Assembly: GCA_013265495.1 (NCBI GenBank)
Contig: MU058781.1
Location: 5,769,050-5,833,049 of the forward strand
Direction: 5' to 3'
Source of the DNA: Vicugna vicugna
Taxonomy: Eukaryota
DNA length: 64,000 bases
In this document: in pieces, positions 50,446-64,000 of the stretch
Layout: each line of letters begins with the position of its first letter
Position numbering within the stretch: position 1 is the stretch's first letter
Program-made: the position numbers and the translations under genes
Notes under the pieces: generated by a model
Database searches by the model: none
What the model was told of the DNA's origin: nothing
What the model saw: only the letters and a program-made list of their open reading frames with translations

Positions 50446-53389
50446 TTTTTTAAATTGTTAAATCATTTTAAAATCAAGGCAATCTGTGTGATCTAAAGCT
50501 GGCGTTTTTATTTCATAGGCCCACATCATGGATAACCATTAAAAAAAAAATCTTACACATCTCCCTCACATTGATGAGTTTATTCTTTGCTCCTCACTAA
50601 GCGTAACAAATGAGAACTACTTCCTAAGGTATGTTTATTTTTCTACCTTCAAGTGTGGCAGTAACTAACCACTTAGATTGGACTGAAGATAAACGATTTG
50701 AAGACGCTACATGGCTTTATTTCCCAGTCACTCAATTCTTAAGCAAGGTGGCTACAAAGATGTCAAAGAATGTTCTAGAATACTAAGGACCCCAGGAACC
50801 ACAACTGCCCACCTGGAACAGGAAGTCATGTATAGACTTAAACTACACAAAACTACGGCAAATTGAGAGAATTCTTAATTTCCTTCAATATGAAGGAGAA
50901 ACAGAGGGATAGATAATTGAAACAGATGAAGAAAGGCCTTTTTAACTTTTATTTTAGAACAGCCAAAAAACAAAAAAAACCACAAAAACTTTGTAATTCA
51001 GTTTTGCCAGGCTAAGAGGAAAAGGCTTTTTCCCTCTCCAAAAGACCAAGGTCAAAGCTGGAAGCTACTGAACCTTTGGCTCCAAGTTTGAGGTCCACAT
51101 CATCCTATTTGACATCTCCCCTCCATGTGGATCTACAAACCAGGCTGAGTCCAAGTGTAGAGTCAGCCAATAAAGGGCAGGAGAAAAGGCAAGGAATTAT
51201 AAAGAACAGACTCTCTTTGGAGCAAAATGGTAACAAGGGGCAGGACAACCCATAGGAGACCCTGAAGGTGATCAGGAGAGGAACTGGTCTGCCTTCCTCG
51301 ACTAACAGGACCAGAGACCAGGGCAACGGTCTGTGAAACATGGTCAGTGTGGGCCAATATTGTCAAGAGTTTCAGCTTTCTTCCCCACAGCCATTTTTAT
51401 TGGCAGTAACCACGAACTGAGTTTTAAATGACCTTGACCATGTTCTCGCATTCTTTCTGCATTCTGGTCTTACTGGTTAGCCCCAGCAAGCAGGGAGATG
51501 TGTGAAAAGCAGACAGTGAGGGGAGGAGGAGGAGGTGGTCGCCTTCACCCACCCAAGGGGTGTCTCTGAACAACCAGATGTGATAAAAAGTAAAGCAAGC
51601 AAGTGAATGTTGTCACTGCCTTAATCACCTGTTTGAGAGTTTTTGTTGTCTATTAGCGAGGTCTTATGCTTCTTATTAGATTCTCACACTGTTTTAATTA
51701 AGCAGGGCCAAGGGGCCTTATTTTAATCACACTGGTGATGCCGTCTCTTTTTAGGCCAGTGAGCTGGAACCTAGCCAGACAGGGTTAAGAGAACCAGTCT
51801 TTCCTTCTTGATCAAGAAAGCTCTCTGACTCCCATCAAAACAATCCTATTTTGATATTTAGTGCTGGATGCCCAAAAATACGAGAAGGAAAAAAAAAAAA
51901 TTCGTCTATAACCTCAGGTGAACCTCCAGATTATGAGACAGCTTTCAAGACCGGCAAAAATACTAAAATCATCACATTTTAAAGGATCCCTTTGTCACAC
52001 TGATATGTAAAGACCCTATTAAAACAGTCATTTCCCACAACTACAAAAAGCTTTTATTTAAAATGACTTTGTATTCTGATGTTATGTTAAAAGTGTGTCT
52101 GGCTTTCTATTCAGCGACTAGATTATCTTTTCAGGAGAATGACTGTACTTCGTTGTAAGTGCTTAATGAGGACTAATTAGTCCTTCCCCCAGCCCTTTAA
52201 ACTCCTATGGGAAATGAGGTCATGCCCAAAGCACCTGGTAGAGGCGACATCAAATACTACAGCGGCCACAAAGGTCAGCCCTTTCCCGAGGCAAAAGAGG
52301 TATGAGGGCAAATCTTCAGCAAGGGCTCGGCCCTCTGAAGCCAGGCAGAGTACAAAGAGCTAAGCGTTTACGATAAGATCTTGCAAAGGGGCTGTCGCTG
52401 CAAGCTGGCCCACCCAAGCACACGTTCATCCCGGCTACTCCTCGCCTTGACTTACTGCCACGCGGCCGCCTCCCCGCTCCCTGATTGGCTGGCCCACTGG
52501 CCGAAGAGCTGCACGTCCAGGGAGCAGGGCCACGGCTCCAACCTGCATCTCTCCTGCTCCCCATCTGCGTCCCCGCACCCTGGGGGGAGCGCCACCGTTC
52601 TGGGACACCAACCCACAGAGGCTCGGTGGCTGCCTGCCAGCGGCTTGAGCTCCTTTCTACAAGAGGCATGGTGAGCAAATTAGAGGTTATAAACACCTCT
52701 GGTGGAGGGAGGAAAATTCCTTCGGGATTTGTAAGGGAACTTCGTCAGTGGCGATGTCTGCAAGGTAGAAGATGGAGGTGCCCACCCACGGCCCTCAGCC
52801 CTGCCGGGCGTGCTGCTCACAGTCACCGCGGCAGGGCAAGAAAGCGTTTCTTTGGCAAGAACGTCTCTCACGTTCAAAGATACTGCGGGCCTGCACATAA
52901 GCAGCACAAAGCTATTTTCAACGTAAGGTAAAGCATCTTCCTAAACGTAGTGCTGCCAAATTCATTCTGAGAGAGAAGGCTGAAAGTAAAATATTTGGGC
53001 TCCCAACGTAGGTTAAAGTTTTATTAGAAAACCAGAAAAGCACACATCCCTGGCCAGGGACAGCAAAGAGAAGCAGCTGAGTTCTAAACTGTGCTGGAAA
53101 TAGAAGCAACCAGTCTAGGATTAAGTAAAAGCAGAGTCAATTAAGAACGGTGTTTTGATGCATGTTACATAGCTTGTCACACCCTGCAGGGGCCGGTTGC
53201 CAGTGGGGTGTGGTTTTGAGATCCCAGCCCTCCAACAACTCAGGGATACCTGAAATTCCATAATTAGAGCCTTTCCTTTGATTTATGGATTCCTTCTCTT
53301 TAAATTTCAGAATAATACACTATCTTGGAAGCAGAATACCCAGATATCAAAAAGGAAAAGAAAAGAAACACAGGCAAACACGTATGGAA

Positions 53390-53600
53390 AGAGAACAGGT
53401 TTTGAATCAAAGCTGAGTGTTAATCCTAGCTTTACCACTTTCCAGCTCCGTGACTTTGGCAAGGTATTTATGGGCTTGACTCGCAAGTGCATCAGCTGTG
53501 GAATGAGACAAACACCTGTCTCAGAAGGTTGGCGGAAACTGTTCAATTACGTACATCAAAGTACATGGCCCAGACCACACGCATAGCAGACATTCAGACC
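53390..53600 (+). mobile_element. MIR SINE
   Basis: tttgaatcaaagctgagtgttaatcctagctttaccactt...gtgactttggcaagg. Confidence 0.65.
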
Positions 53601-55889
53601 CTCCATTTTTTTTTTTTCCGCAGAGCAGGTCATAACAGAGGGACAAGGGAGGACAACATGAGGATGCTGGCTTCCTGATGTGGAAATGATGAGAAGATCA
53701 GCAAAGATGGAGAATGGGGGGGGAAGGGACAGGAGAAAGGACCACCTAGGACCCAGTGACAGAATCTGTTTCATAAATGTGCTGAGGTCAGCTCTGAGGG
53801 AGGGCATATGGTGGCTGCAGACTGACACTGGTCTGCAATGTTGACTGGCTGGCAAGACCGAATTTAGAAACTGGCCTTTGTCAAAGCGCCATGCCTCACC
53901 CCTCCCAAGGCTCTCCCTTGCTTGGTGTCCAGCTGGGGAGACGAGGTGTTGGGGTACACTGGAACAGCAGTCCGACGTGGTCACCTGCAAGGGAGCGGGT
54001 TAGATGACGCTCTGAGTGAGTGGCAGGCAGGCAAGCCAGGAAGAGAGGTTAAGGGCAGCTGCCAACTTGCTGAAGCCCAGTGATGTCAATCAGATCCCAC
54101 TGCCCCACAGACCACGTCAATGGAGCTCTTCCTCCTGACTTACCAAGGGCTGGCCCCGCACCGAAGGAGGCAGCCAGAGATGGTTTTCTTTCCCCAGGCA
54201 TCAGCACCTCCACACCTAGCAGTCACCCCTCATCTCACCCTGGAGAGCTGGCCGTTACTGACTTCCAAGGCGTGAGCCAAGCAATCCCACCAATCTCTCA
54301 GGTGAATGGACCAAACCGAGAGGCCTAAATATGGGAGGAGGGCTGAAGATGGCAGGCTCTAGAGCAGGCTGAGAAGACTTCCAAAACCCAAGAGGCCGCT
54401 ACTCAGAAGATAAACCTTCCAAAAATGTCCTTCTGTAATTGCTGCCCATAAAAACAAGCTTAACCAGAATGAACAGGAAGGAAAGAGGTCTTTTTAATAA
54501 TAAACAGAAACAGCTAATACAAGTAACACGGACATCATTTAGAAACATTCATAGGTCAGGACACCAGCCCTTCTGTTTCTCCAACAGGCCTCCTCGCAGG
54601 ATTAGTAAGATGCACAGCGGCACATTCTGGAGATCGCAAATCTGACGGCGTTAATTGCGGCAGCGTCCCTGGGGCGTGACTTACGCAGACTCGCTTTCAG
54701 AAAATTTCAAAATGGAAAACTGGGAAACAATAATATACGTACATGGAAATTGTGTAAGTGGTTTATTTATTGTGCTTTTTTTTCTTATGCAACAGTAGTG
54801 AATGATTGGCCATTATTTTCTATTTTAATAAACCAGGCGAATCATCTTGGGTTGTTCCATTCTGTGGACTCTCTGTAATAATTTTTAAAATTCTAGCTGA
54901 CCTTCCCCCAACAACCAAGATACCTTTAAACCATTCCCTCCTTCCTTCCTAGGATGATTTGTGGGCACCCAGAGTCTGACATAATTTTAATCCTTGTCTG
55001 GACAAAACCACCATGGAAGGTAAATAAAAGCAGGATACTTAACAATGCTTCCCAAAGCCAGAGGAAATGATTTTGGAGTCTACACATCACTGATTATATT
55101 CCATCAACACAGATAATTAAAAATTGACTACAGGATATTATTAAATAGCAGGCACAACTTTTTGAAAATTTCTCCCTGGTATTAGCTATGCAAAAACACT
55201 GACTGAATGTTCAACGCTAATCAAATTCATCTCTTAAGAGCAGAGTATAATAAATGGGTAGCCTAAAAGGAATGCTTTGAACAGAATGCTTCACTATTGT
55301 CTGATTAGTCTATATTTAACACTCCGACAAAGGCAAGGATTATTCTCCTTGAGGTTCAAGATTCACGAGGATTTGGTAATGAAATTCCTTTAGGAGAGTA
55401 AATTTTCAAAATTGCTATCTACAAGCTGCCAATGTTTTATGTCTGTGTAGTGTTTTTAAATCCAATTCATTCAATAATAAATGTTTGTCTGAATAAATGA
55501 GTGAAAGAAAAGGCCTCAAAACACAAGTTTAATCACCTCTAAGTTTTGAATCAGGCAGCAACTTGAATCACCCCAAGCGCACAGGCTGCGCCGGGTAAAA
55601 TGTCAGTTCTCACCAAGCGGGCCAAAGCCAGGCCTGGAAACTGAAGTCGCGTCCTTTGATTCTTAGAAAATGGCCCAGCTGTTAGGGCCTGCTGCTTAGC
55701 TGTCTCCCGGCAAAGTCTCGATACAATTTGGAAGGCATGTTATCCAGGCCAGGTGAGGTAAGATGAAGGAAATGTAACAAAGCCGGGCTTGTTCCTGAAA
55801 TTATTACGAATAGTCAAAAAAAAAAAAAAAAAGAGGAAAAGGGGGAAAAAAAGGAAAACCCCCATCAACATGCTAAAACTAAAAATGAA

Positions 55890-56008
55890 AATTTTTTAAA
55901 ATTGAAGCAGAGTCAGTTACAAAGTGTCAATCTCTGAGGCACAGCACAATGTCCCAGTCATGCATGTATACACACATTTTCAGCTTTTTCATTAACGGTT
56001 ATTACAAA
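55890..56008 (-). mobile_element. Short camelid-type L1 3' end
   Basis: ttttttaaaattgaagcagagtcagttacaaagtgtcaatctctg...aatgtcccagtcatgcat...ggttattacaa. Confidence 0.75.
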
Positions 56009-57445
56009 ATGAAATTCTTAATGTTGCTATTAACATCCTCACTCTGATGAGCACCTAGAGCAAATTACTCAGTGCCATAACTGATATTATACCAAGAATG
56101 AGAAAAAAACCAACGTGCCCACAGGTACTGGATGAGAGGAAGGACCCAGAGCCGCCCCAGGGGGCCTGCAAGTTTATTCTTCCAGTAACACTGCTAACAC
56201 CCATCTTTTTCCGTTCTGACCTTCTAACAGGATGCACTCCGTGAGCCAGCCAGGCACTTTAAATCTATTTGTTTCAATAACTCAGAGGAGAAATACAACT
56301 AGGAGATTTTTCGCAAGCGGCATCTATTTGGCAAGCGGAACCAGTTTCTATGAGAAAATTCTCCTGCGTTTCAGAGCGAGGATTCTCAAATCGTAAATCT
56401 TAAAGTTTTTGAAATTTCTGCCAAGGGAACGAATATCAACCCCCATGCTAAGCTGTCCTTTGTGAACTAAGTGTAAGTGGCAAAGCTCACGCCCCAACAG
56501 CTCTTTTTGTGATCCTAGAGGAAGGCGGAGCAGAGCCCTTCCAAATCGTGAAGGAGGTAAAGTCTGTCACGGGCTCCTTCCCCTCTGGTCCCCTAAGGTG
56601 CCTCCTCCGAGGCCACAGGGGTTTCTGCTCTGAACGTCTCCTCCATCTGAACCCTGTCAACATTAACACCAGTGAGACATCACACTGTTTCAAGTGAATG
56701 TGCACCGTTCATTGTTCTGCCTCCTAAAAATATTTGTTTAAACCTTTTGATTTTTTAACTGAGGAATCAAAAGCTTTTCTTGCCCTGAAATTCCAGCGTC
56801 GGCTAGCAGCCAACCTTCTGAATTGGGAAATGGGATAAAGTAACTCCCCTATTTTTAAAAGCTTATCTTGTTTCGTGTTCAGGCCTGCCATAGAGATGGA
56901 AATCCGTTGAAATCGCAGGCTGGGTTCATATTTCACTATGACCATATACAGACCAAAACTCTGTAACTGAGCCTCGGTGACTCGTGTATAAAGTAAGAAT
57001 TATTATCAGGGAATGTAATGTTAACAATAATTACGAGACAATAAATATAAAGTGGCTAGCACATTGCTCTCTTAAAGGCCATACTACCCTCGGAAAGGAC
57101 ACAGTGGTTCCCAAATGTGGCCCCGGGTTGACTCAGCCACATCTGCTCAGGGCCAGTTACCTAGAATCACTGGGAACTGGAGGAGCCTGATTCTTAGGTT
57201 CTCCAAGCTTGTGGCCTCAGGCCATGGAGCCAGGCGCCCCCTAAAGGCAGGCTTGGGGGTAGTCCTTTTCTGCTACAGTTCTTTTCCCTGATTCTTCCTG
57301 CCTGAGAGCATCAAGGCCCTTCCCTCCTCCTCTCCTCTCCTCTCCTCCCATCCCCCTGGTCCAGGAAGACCAGAGATACCGGGCCATTCCTCACTGTGCC
57401 ACCTGCCCTCCAGTCCCCACACTCCATCCTGTAGTAAGTAGTGTA

Positions 57446-57563
57446 GACGTAACTTTGATATGCACGGGGAAACCCCAAAATTTGTGTGACTCACTTTATT
57501 GTGATGTTCCCTTAATTTTCTTTGTCTGGAACTGAATCCACAGTATCTCTGAGGTCTGCCTAT
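57446..57563 (+). mobile_element. Tigger1-like terminal fragment
   Basis: gtaactttgatatgcacggggaaacc...aatttgtgtgactcactttattgtgat...gtctggaactgaatccacagtatctctgaggtctgcc + TA. Confidence 0.75.
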
Positions 57564-59179
57564 AATGGATTTTTCATGGGGAAACCTCTAACAGCCCCAC
57601 AGTTGAGTTTACACAACCCTGAGCCCCTGGCAGCCAGAGCCTAATATAAAACAAATTTCCCACAGGAAAGGACCCAGCAGAGGGAGAGGCACCAGCTCAT
57701 CATAAACGGTGGACCAGGTCTCACAAAGCACTGGGTGTGGCGCGGGCTTCCTTTAGAGGTCTGAAATTTTCAAATCAAATATCCCCATTCTGGCAAGGTT
57801 TAGAGAGGCAGGAGAGGACAAAAACCCAACAGAACAGGGAGGCTTCAACCAGAAGCAGGGGAGGCACCAGACATGCTGAGCAGGGCAAACAGGCTGCCAG
57901 GCAGAGACGGGCCTGGAAGAGGCAGAGCGAAGGGAAGGAAGCTACCGGGCTGGAGTACAGGGGAGACTGGGGACCCCAAGGCAAGATTCAGAGATGGTGA
58001 TTCAGGGCATGCCCACAAACAGTGCCCCAGGCGCTCCCTCTCAGTCACAACCACGCAGCATGAGGGATGTAGACGGAGTCCCCATTGGTCCCTGTGTCTC
58101 TGCCAGGATTTTCAGCATCCAGAGGCACCAACTCCTCGAGCAGCAGCAGCATCTGGTGGGAAGGGGTAAGGATGCTGAATCCACAAACCAGGGGTCTCCC
58201 CGTCTGGTCCTCTCCCGGGATAGGACCTTGCAGAGGGGAGACCACGGGACCAGGTCTGAACCTGGTGAGAAGACAACAGGGAGCAGTTGTGCTTCACAAG
58301 AACCCCTCAATAAAAAGAGTCAAAGAAGAGTGGGATAGAGATAATGCTTCACCCTTGGGCCTTGGAAGAGGCAGATATGGGGCAGCCCAGCTGTTCCAGG
58401 CTGGAGCCAGGACATCGACCTGCTATCCTAGGCAGGTGACATCCACGCACATGTATGTATCCTATCGTACACTGTATCGGGAGAAAGAAAACTGCACTGA
58501 TCACAGACATTAGAAAGCAAATCCAGGAGTGAATAATGATAAAAAATGATTTTAGTTGTGTAAAAGTGATACAAATTAGAGGCATTTACAAGAACTGCTT
58601 CCACTAATGCCCAATTACCATGAGCACAATATCAACACAATGTGTCACGATCAGTATGTTTGATTACCTCACTTGTGTAAGTTACACTGTATGACAACAC
58701 TAAATTCTGTCTTGTATGTTCGGGCTTCCTATTTTGCCATGCATATGACTGCAGAATCTGGGAGCTAGGATGGACCTTAGGGACATCCCTTACCCTCACC
58801 CTTTCATTTGTCATGAAATGGTGATGGAGAAGCCGGGGCTTAAAGAGGGCATGGTTTTCCCAAGGCTGCAGGAGGACTCGTTCAGAGAAGAGCAGTGGAT
58901 ACAAGAGCTGCTCGTGACCCCTGCCTCACTCCAGGGTGGTCCCTGAAAGGCTGTGCGCTTCAACAAGGCTGCAGGGACTCAGTCCCTTCCCCCAAGCTCT
59001 GTAACACCATTTGCTCACAATTCAGAAGGATTCAAGGTCTGGAAAAACGAGTAGGATGCTTGGGAGGAGGGGTAAGCTCCAAAGTACAGATGGAGCTCTC
59101 CTTGACTTTGGGATGATACGATCCTGAGAAGAATTTACCATCTCTCTCTCTGGTAAGGAAATCAATATTAAAGTCAAGG

Positions 59180-59400
59180 TAGTACAGCAGGAAAAACGTA
59201 GGTTATGGAGTCAAAGACCCCAGGATGAGCCTCAAAGCTTACCAGCTCCGTGGCCTGGGACACATTACAGAAACTTTTTAAGCCTGTATTCCCTTAGTCA
59301 TAAAACGGGCATGATAATGGTACTTATTCAGAGCTGCGAGATTACACGAAATGACACATGAAGAACACCTAGCACAGAACATGTGCTCAATCAATATTCA
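59180..59400 (+). mobile_element. MIR SINE
   Basis: ggttatggagtcaaagaccc...tgataatggtactta...gaacacctagcacagaacatgtgctcaatcaat. Confidence 0.6.
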
Positions 59401-59881
59401 ACATCCAGTCAGCCTTTCTTTACTACAGACTCCGTGCCTGGAGTCACTGAGAAAGCCTCACCTTTGTCAAACACACGGGGTGTGTCCCTGCATGAGAAAA
59501 GGTGTTTCCAAGGCCAGGCATACGTGACTTCATAGAGAAGCATGGAGAGCTTGTTCCAAAGTGTCACTCTTATATTCATATATAATTTCAAAATGGAATG
59601 TCAAGGTGGAAAATCTAAGGGAGATGTGGAAAAGCCAAGTCTGTTTCCATCTGACGTGTCAAATGCCAAAACACAGGTAACCGTGATCAATCGTTAGAAA
59701 CCTCCTCTTGCTTTACATCAAAATGAGTTTGTAGAAAATACAAATATAAAAATAAGGATATAAGAAAAGTCTGCTGAACTGAAGGAATAGCTGATTCCCA
59801 GACCAAAAACAAATTAAAAACATCCTCACTCTGTTCAAGAAAAAAAAGTCAAGGAAAACTGATACATACAGACACACAGCA

Positions 59882-59883
<2 letters not shown>

Positions 59884-59916
<33 letters not shown>

Positions 59917-59922
59917 ACACAC
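59884..59922. repeat. (CA)n microsatellite
   Basis: Directly visible. Confidence 0.93.
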
Positions 59923-60049
59923 GTATAAAAATTAATGAAAACTGTCCTCTAGTTACCTTCTGGTAAAACCTTTGAATTTTGAGGTTAAATTAAGAAGATC
60001 ATAAGCATCAAATGAGGAAGGGTTCCATTAGAACAAAACTGCATTGTTC

Positions 60050-60230
60050 TTTTTTTCCTTTTTTACTGAAGTGTAGTCAGTTACAACGTGTCAGTTTCTG
60101 GTGTACACCATAATGTCCCAGTCATGCATATACATGCATAGATTTGTTTTCATATTTTTTTCATTAAAGGTTATTACAAGATATTGAATATATTCCCCTG
60201 TGCTATACAGAAGAAATTTGTTTTTTATCT
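60050..60230 (-). mobile_element. Camelid-type L1 3' end
   Basis: ttttactgaagtgtagtcagttacaacgtgtcagtttctggtgtacacc...ttcccctgtgctatacagaagaaatttg. Confidence 0.82.
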
Positions 60231-60555
60231 TGTTGTTTTATTTCTTTTGTTGTCAAATAGAAGCCTGAGGTCAGTGGGATATTTCTTAGTGACCTGGTTA
60301 CTTATATTTTTCCCTTCCTCATATAAAACAACAAACTGTACCATTCTGATGGAAAAGGGTTTTGATACAGGAATTCTAAACTAAGTTTTCTGTTGAGGTG
60401 TGAGAGTTAAAAAATGAAAAAGGCATTATTGGATGCAAGAGATCAATAAGAAAATGTACTTCATAAAAATATTATTTGAAGAAGTTTCTAGACAACCAAA
60501 AAGTTTAGCTTAAAAAAAAAAGCAAAGGATGTTTTAAAATAATTTATAGTATGTA

Positions 60556-61100
60556 TATACAATGGGCAAGACATAGAAACAACCTAAATGTCCATGGACA
60601 GATGACTGGATAAAGAAGTTGTGGTATATTTATACAACGGAATACTATCCAGACACGAAAGAATAAAATAATGCCATTTGCAGCAACATGGATGGACCCA
60701 GAGATTGTCATTCTAAGTGAAGTAAGGAAAAAGAGAAAGAAAAATACCATATGACATCACTTGTATGTGGAATCTAAAAAAAGAAAAAAGAAGACACTAG
60801 TAAACTCATTTACAAAACAGAAACAGATTCGCAGACATAGTAAATAATCTTATGGTTACCGGGAGGAAAGAGGGTAGGAAGGGATAAATTTGGGAGTTGG
60901 AGATTTGTAAATATTAACTAGTATATCTAACAATAGATAAACTACAAGTTTTTACTGTGTAGCACAGGGAACTATATTCAGTATCTCATAATAACCTTTG
61001 ATGAAAATGAATATATGCATGCACATGTATGACTAGGACATTATGCTGTACACCAAAGAGACAGACACACTAACTGACTCTACTTCAATTAAAAAAAAAA
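60556..61100 (+). mobile_element. Camelid-type L1 3' end (~545 bp) with A tail and ~15-bp TSD
   Basis: aaacaacctaaatgtccat, atgccatttgcagcaacatggatggacc, gcacagggaactatattcag, cttcaattaaaaaaaaaa; TSD aatttatagtatgta (60541-60555) / aacttacagtatgta (61101-61115). Confidence 0.88.
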
Positions 61101-61349
61101 AACTTACAGTATGTAACCAAACCATATAGACAATGAACAGCTAGATATAGCTAGAAAACAGATTACAGGTTATCTAGGTAAATCTTATAAGAGAATTTGC
61201 GTAATAATAAATGGGATCAAAATATCTATGTATCTATCTTTGAAAAGGAAAGGAGAATCTCAAAGGACAATGAAAATATGTTAATCTCATCTTACACAAG
61301 GAGGCGGCATGGTGAGTAAGCTGTAAGCTTCTTGACATGTTCATACAGA

Positions 61350-64000
61350 AATACAGGTTTTTTTTTTTTTAATTTAAGAAAACAACTAGAAAATTAAACA
61401 AAATGTATAACCTGAACATTTTTAGAGAATAAATTAAATCATACGAAACAGAAAATGATGGAAACATCATAAAAGCAAAAAAAAAAAAAAAATTAGAACA
61501 AGTATATCCACATGAAAGATAGGTATTAATTCTCTTTTAGGAAACAGAAAAATCTCAAGTAGAGTCATAAATTCAGTATGACCTCTATGTTATCTGCAAG
61601 AAATCCATCCAAGTTAAAAGAAAAAGGATTGGGGCAAAGGAATACTAGGAAACGGCACATTAAAAATCGATAGTTATAATGTTAATATAAAATCAGAGTC
61701 AAATATTAAAAGCATTAAACAGGAGTGTCAGATTTCCTGACGAGGGGTACGTTGTAAAGAAAAGTTTAATTTGTAAAGGAAAGTTTAATTTGTATGTTCC
61801 AAGATAATACAGCTTGGAAACATATAAAGGAAAATAAGCAGAGGCCGAAAGACACACAGTGGAGTTGTTGAACTCTACCCCATTGCTTCTGTTTAGCTCT
61901 TGGAAAAAAGACAAGCGGATGAAAATTTCATAAGGATACAGAGAAGTAGGATAAAATAATAAATAAGGCTGATCTGATGACCAGATAAACCTGATGATCA
62001 GAGCACGCCTTTTCAGCACAGGGACTCACGGGACGTTAACAAAACTAATCACATATCAGAACATCAAGGAAACGTTTACTATGTCTCGATACTCTGTGAC
62101 CACAAGGCAGTAAAACCAGCATAATAAACGAAAGCATAAAGAATTCAAATAAACTTGTACATTTTTAAAATGTTCCTCTAAAGAGGCTTAGAGTCTGAGG
62201 GACAATTATGCAATTGCAGATTGAGATAACACAACGAGAACATGATGTATCAGAGTGCAGGCAACCGATGCTCAGAGGCCAAGACCTGAAATAGTTTCAT
62301 CATTAAGCAAAACTCAAAATAAAAGAACCCTCAACCCAAGAAATTAGAAAAGTGAAATTAATCTAGGGGAAAAAAGCAAAATGGAGATAAAACACACAAA
62401 AAATAATAACAGAAACAAGTTCACAATTTTAAATAGAAAAGATTTCAAAAGGTGGTCCTTAAAAATACCCAAAAGTAAAATGGACATACTGCCAGCTAAA
62501 CTAATGCTCCAAAGAAAGAAAAATTCAATCAAATTATAAAGGAGAAGTAGGATAAAAACAAAAATATTGATGATATTTTTTAAGAAGATATAATGTTTGA
62601 CTCTGCATTAGTAATATTTTAAATATAGACAGCAGATTTTCTAGAGAAATTAAAATCTTTAATATTAACTTTAAAAGTAAAAAATCTTGATCAGTAAAGT
62701 CACTGTGGAAAAAAATTGTAGGTGGGAGGGGAGGTGGGTTTTCATTAAAAAAAAAAAAAAGACTTGCATCAAATAATTTGGAAGACAGGTAATTTCAAAG
62801 TTTCCAGGAATGGACGTGACACATAAATTACATTATGTAATTCATAGCACTGCCAGTTCAACAGGAAAAAAGTATCATTATTAAAGACGTTGAAAGACAT
62901 TTTATAAAAAATTCTATGGGAAGTGGTACCGGAAATTTGAATAGAATACTACTTACTGGCCAAAATAAAAGATACTTGCCACAAACCGATAGCCAACATC
63001 ATATTAGAAGTTAAAAACAAGAGTCCATAATTAAACTCAGGAAGTCAAGTATACTTGCTCTACCGTTATTATTCAACATGGTGTTGGGATGTTCCAGAAG
63101 AAACGAAAGCTAAAAAACATTAAAGTGTAGGAGAGAGTATTTTCAGCATTAGAAATGCTATTATTGACTAAATGGAAGACTAGGGGAATTTGATGAAAGA
63201 TTACTAGAACACAGCAAGGTCGATAAGATGGCCAGTTATTAGAAGCTAGATATGTGTACACACACACACACACACACACACAAACATATATATATATTTT
63301 TTTTTCAAGAAACCAGCAGTAAGCAAAAAATATAAGGGAAATAAAGATCAAATGCACAATTATAACCAACACTGTAAAAATTCTAAGGAAAACTTAACAG
63401 AAACTCAAATCCTATGAAACAGGAATGTAAATTAAAGGACAATAAAAGTCTTGAATAAGACTACATACATGAATCAGAAGTTGCAAGAGTGAAAAGACTG
63501 AATTCTCCCCATATTAATATGTAATCTATTTATTTTGGAAAACATGTTTTAAAATCTGACCAAATTAATCTTACATTCACATGGAATAAATGAATAGGCT
63601 GAAAATAGCTGAGAAATTTGGGAGGGGAAATTAAATGGAAGAATCTAAGATTGCTTCTATTAAAAACTCCTAAACCTGCAGAACCACAACTAACGTGCCA
63701 AAACACAAAGGTCAAGAGAACAGAATGCAAAGCTCAGAAATACACTCAAGTTTATAAAAATACTTAGTACAGGATAAAGGTGGCAGCTCCTATCAGTGGG
63801 GAAAAGAGTATGAAATAAATGGCATGAGATGAACTGATAAACTATTTGGCAAAAGTTCGTTTGATTCTCATGCCTGAGATCACACATCAAGATACACTCT
63901 AAATATAAACTATGGGGTAGTAAAAGACTAGACGAAATTATAGGTGAATATTTATCTGAGCCTAGTGAATTTCTAAGTATAAAAGCCAAAAAAGATCATT
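61350..64000 (+). mobile_element. Highly degenerate old L1 (ORF2 region), continuing past window end
   Basis: Strongly A-rich with ordered ORF2 landmarks (aatttgtatgttcc, gtgaccacaaggcagtaaaacca, ccgatagccaacatcata, ttattcaacatggtgttgg, aattctccccatattaat, taggtgaatat); no intact ORF. Confidence 0.7.
63257..63297. repeat. (CA)n/(TA)n microsatellite
   Basis: Directly visible. Confidence 0.9.

Larger units (their letters stand above)
1..64000 (-). other. ATXN1: Interior of the ATXN1 transcription unit: 5'UTR intron downstream (1-43579) and upstream (43710-64000) of one non-coding exon; no CDS exon in window
   Basis: Inferred from the recognised UTR exon at 43580-43709. ATXN1 is known to have several non-coding 5' exons separated by introns of tens of kb. 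The neighbouring known UTR exons were not seen in the window. Confidence 0.85.

Noticed and set aside
58141..58152. (CAG)3CAT reminiscent of the SCA1 repeat
   Set aside because: Far too short, on the opposite strand and intronic; the ATXN1 polyQ exon lies outside the window
1..64000. A novel multi-gene or prokaryote-style system (CRISPR, operon, intact transposase or retroviral ORFs)
   Set aside because: The sequence is repeat-rich mammalian intron with no long intact ORFs or regular arrays

Overview
Mammalian, very probably camelid, genomic DNA with no protein-coding exon. The camelid call rests on tRNA-derived Vic-1-type SINEs and young L1 3' ends, with no Alu, Bov-tA or PRE-1 seen. A 130-nt minus-strand exon at 43580-43709 closely matches, from memory, a non-coding 5'UTR exon of human ATXN1 (ataxin-1, exon 4). 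The window is therefore interpreted as parts of the two large ATXN1 5'UTR introns flanking it. The rest is typical intronic sequence: old L1M, L2 and MIR fragments, MaLR/ERVL LTRs, Tigger/hAT DNA elements, young lineage-specific L1 and SINE insertions, and microsatellites. I see no previously undescribed biological system. The most notable items are a tail-less internal L1 ORF2 fragment with a perfect 16-bp TSD, a fold-back hairpin inside an old L1, a (UG)28 tract and an upstream ATG at the ATXN1 UTR exon, and a candidate 49-nt cassette exon. Repeat subfamily names and old-repeat boundaries are by-eye estimates, not RepeatMasker output.
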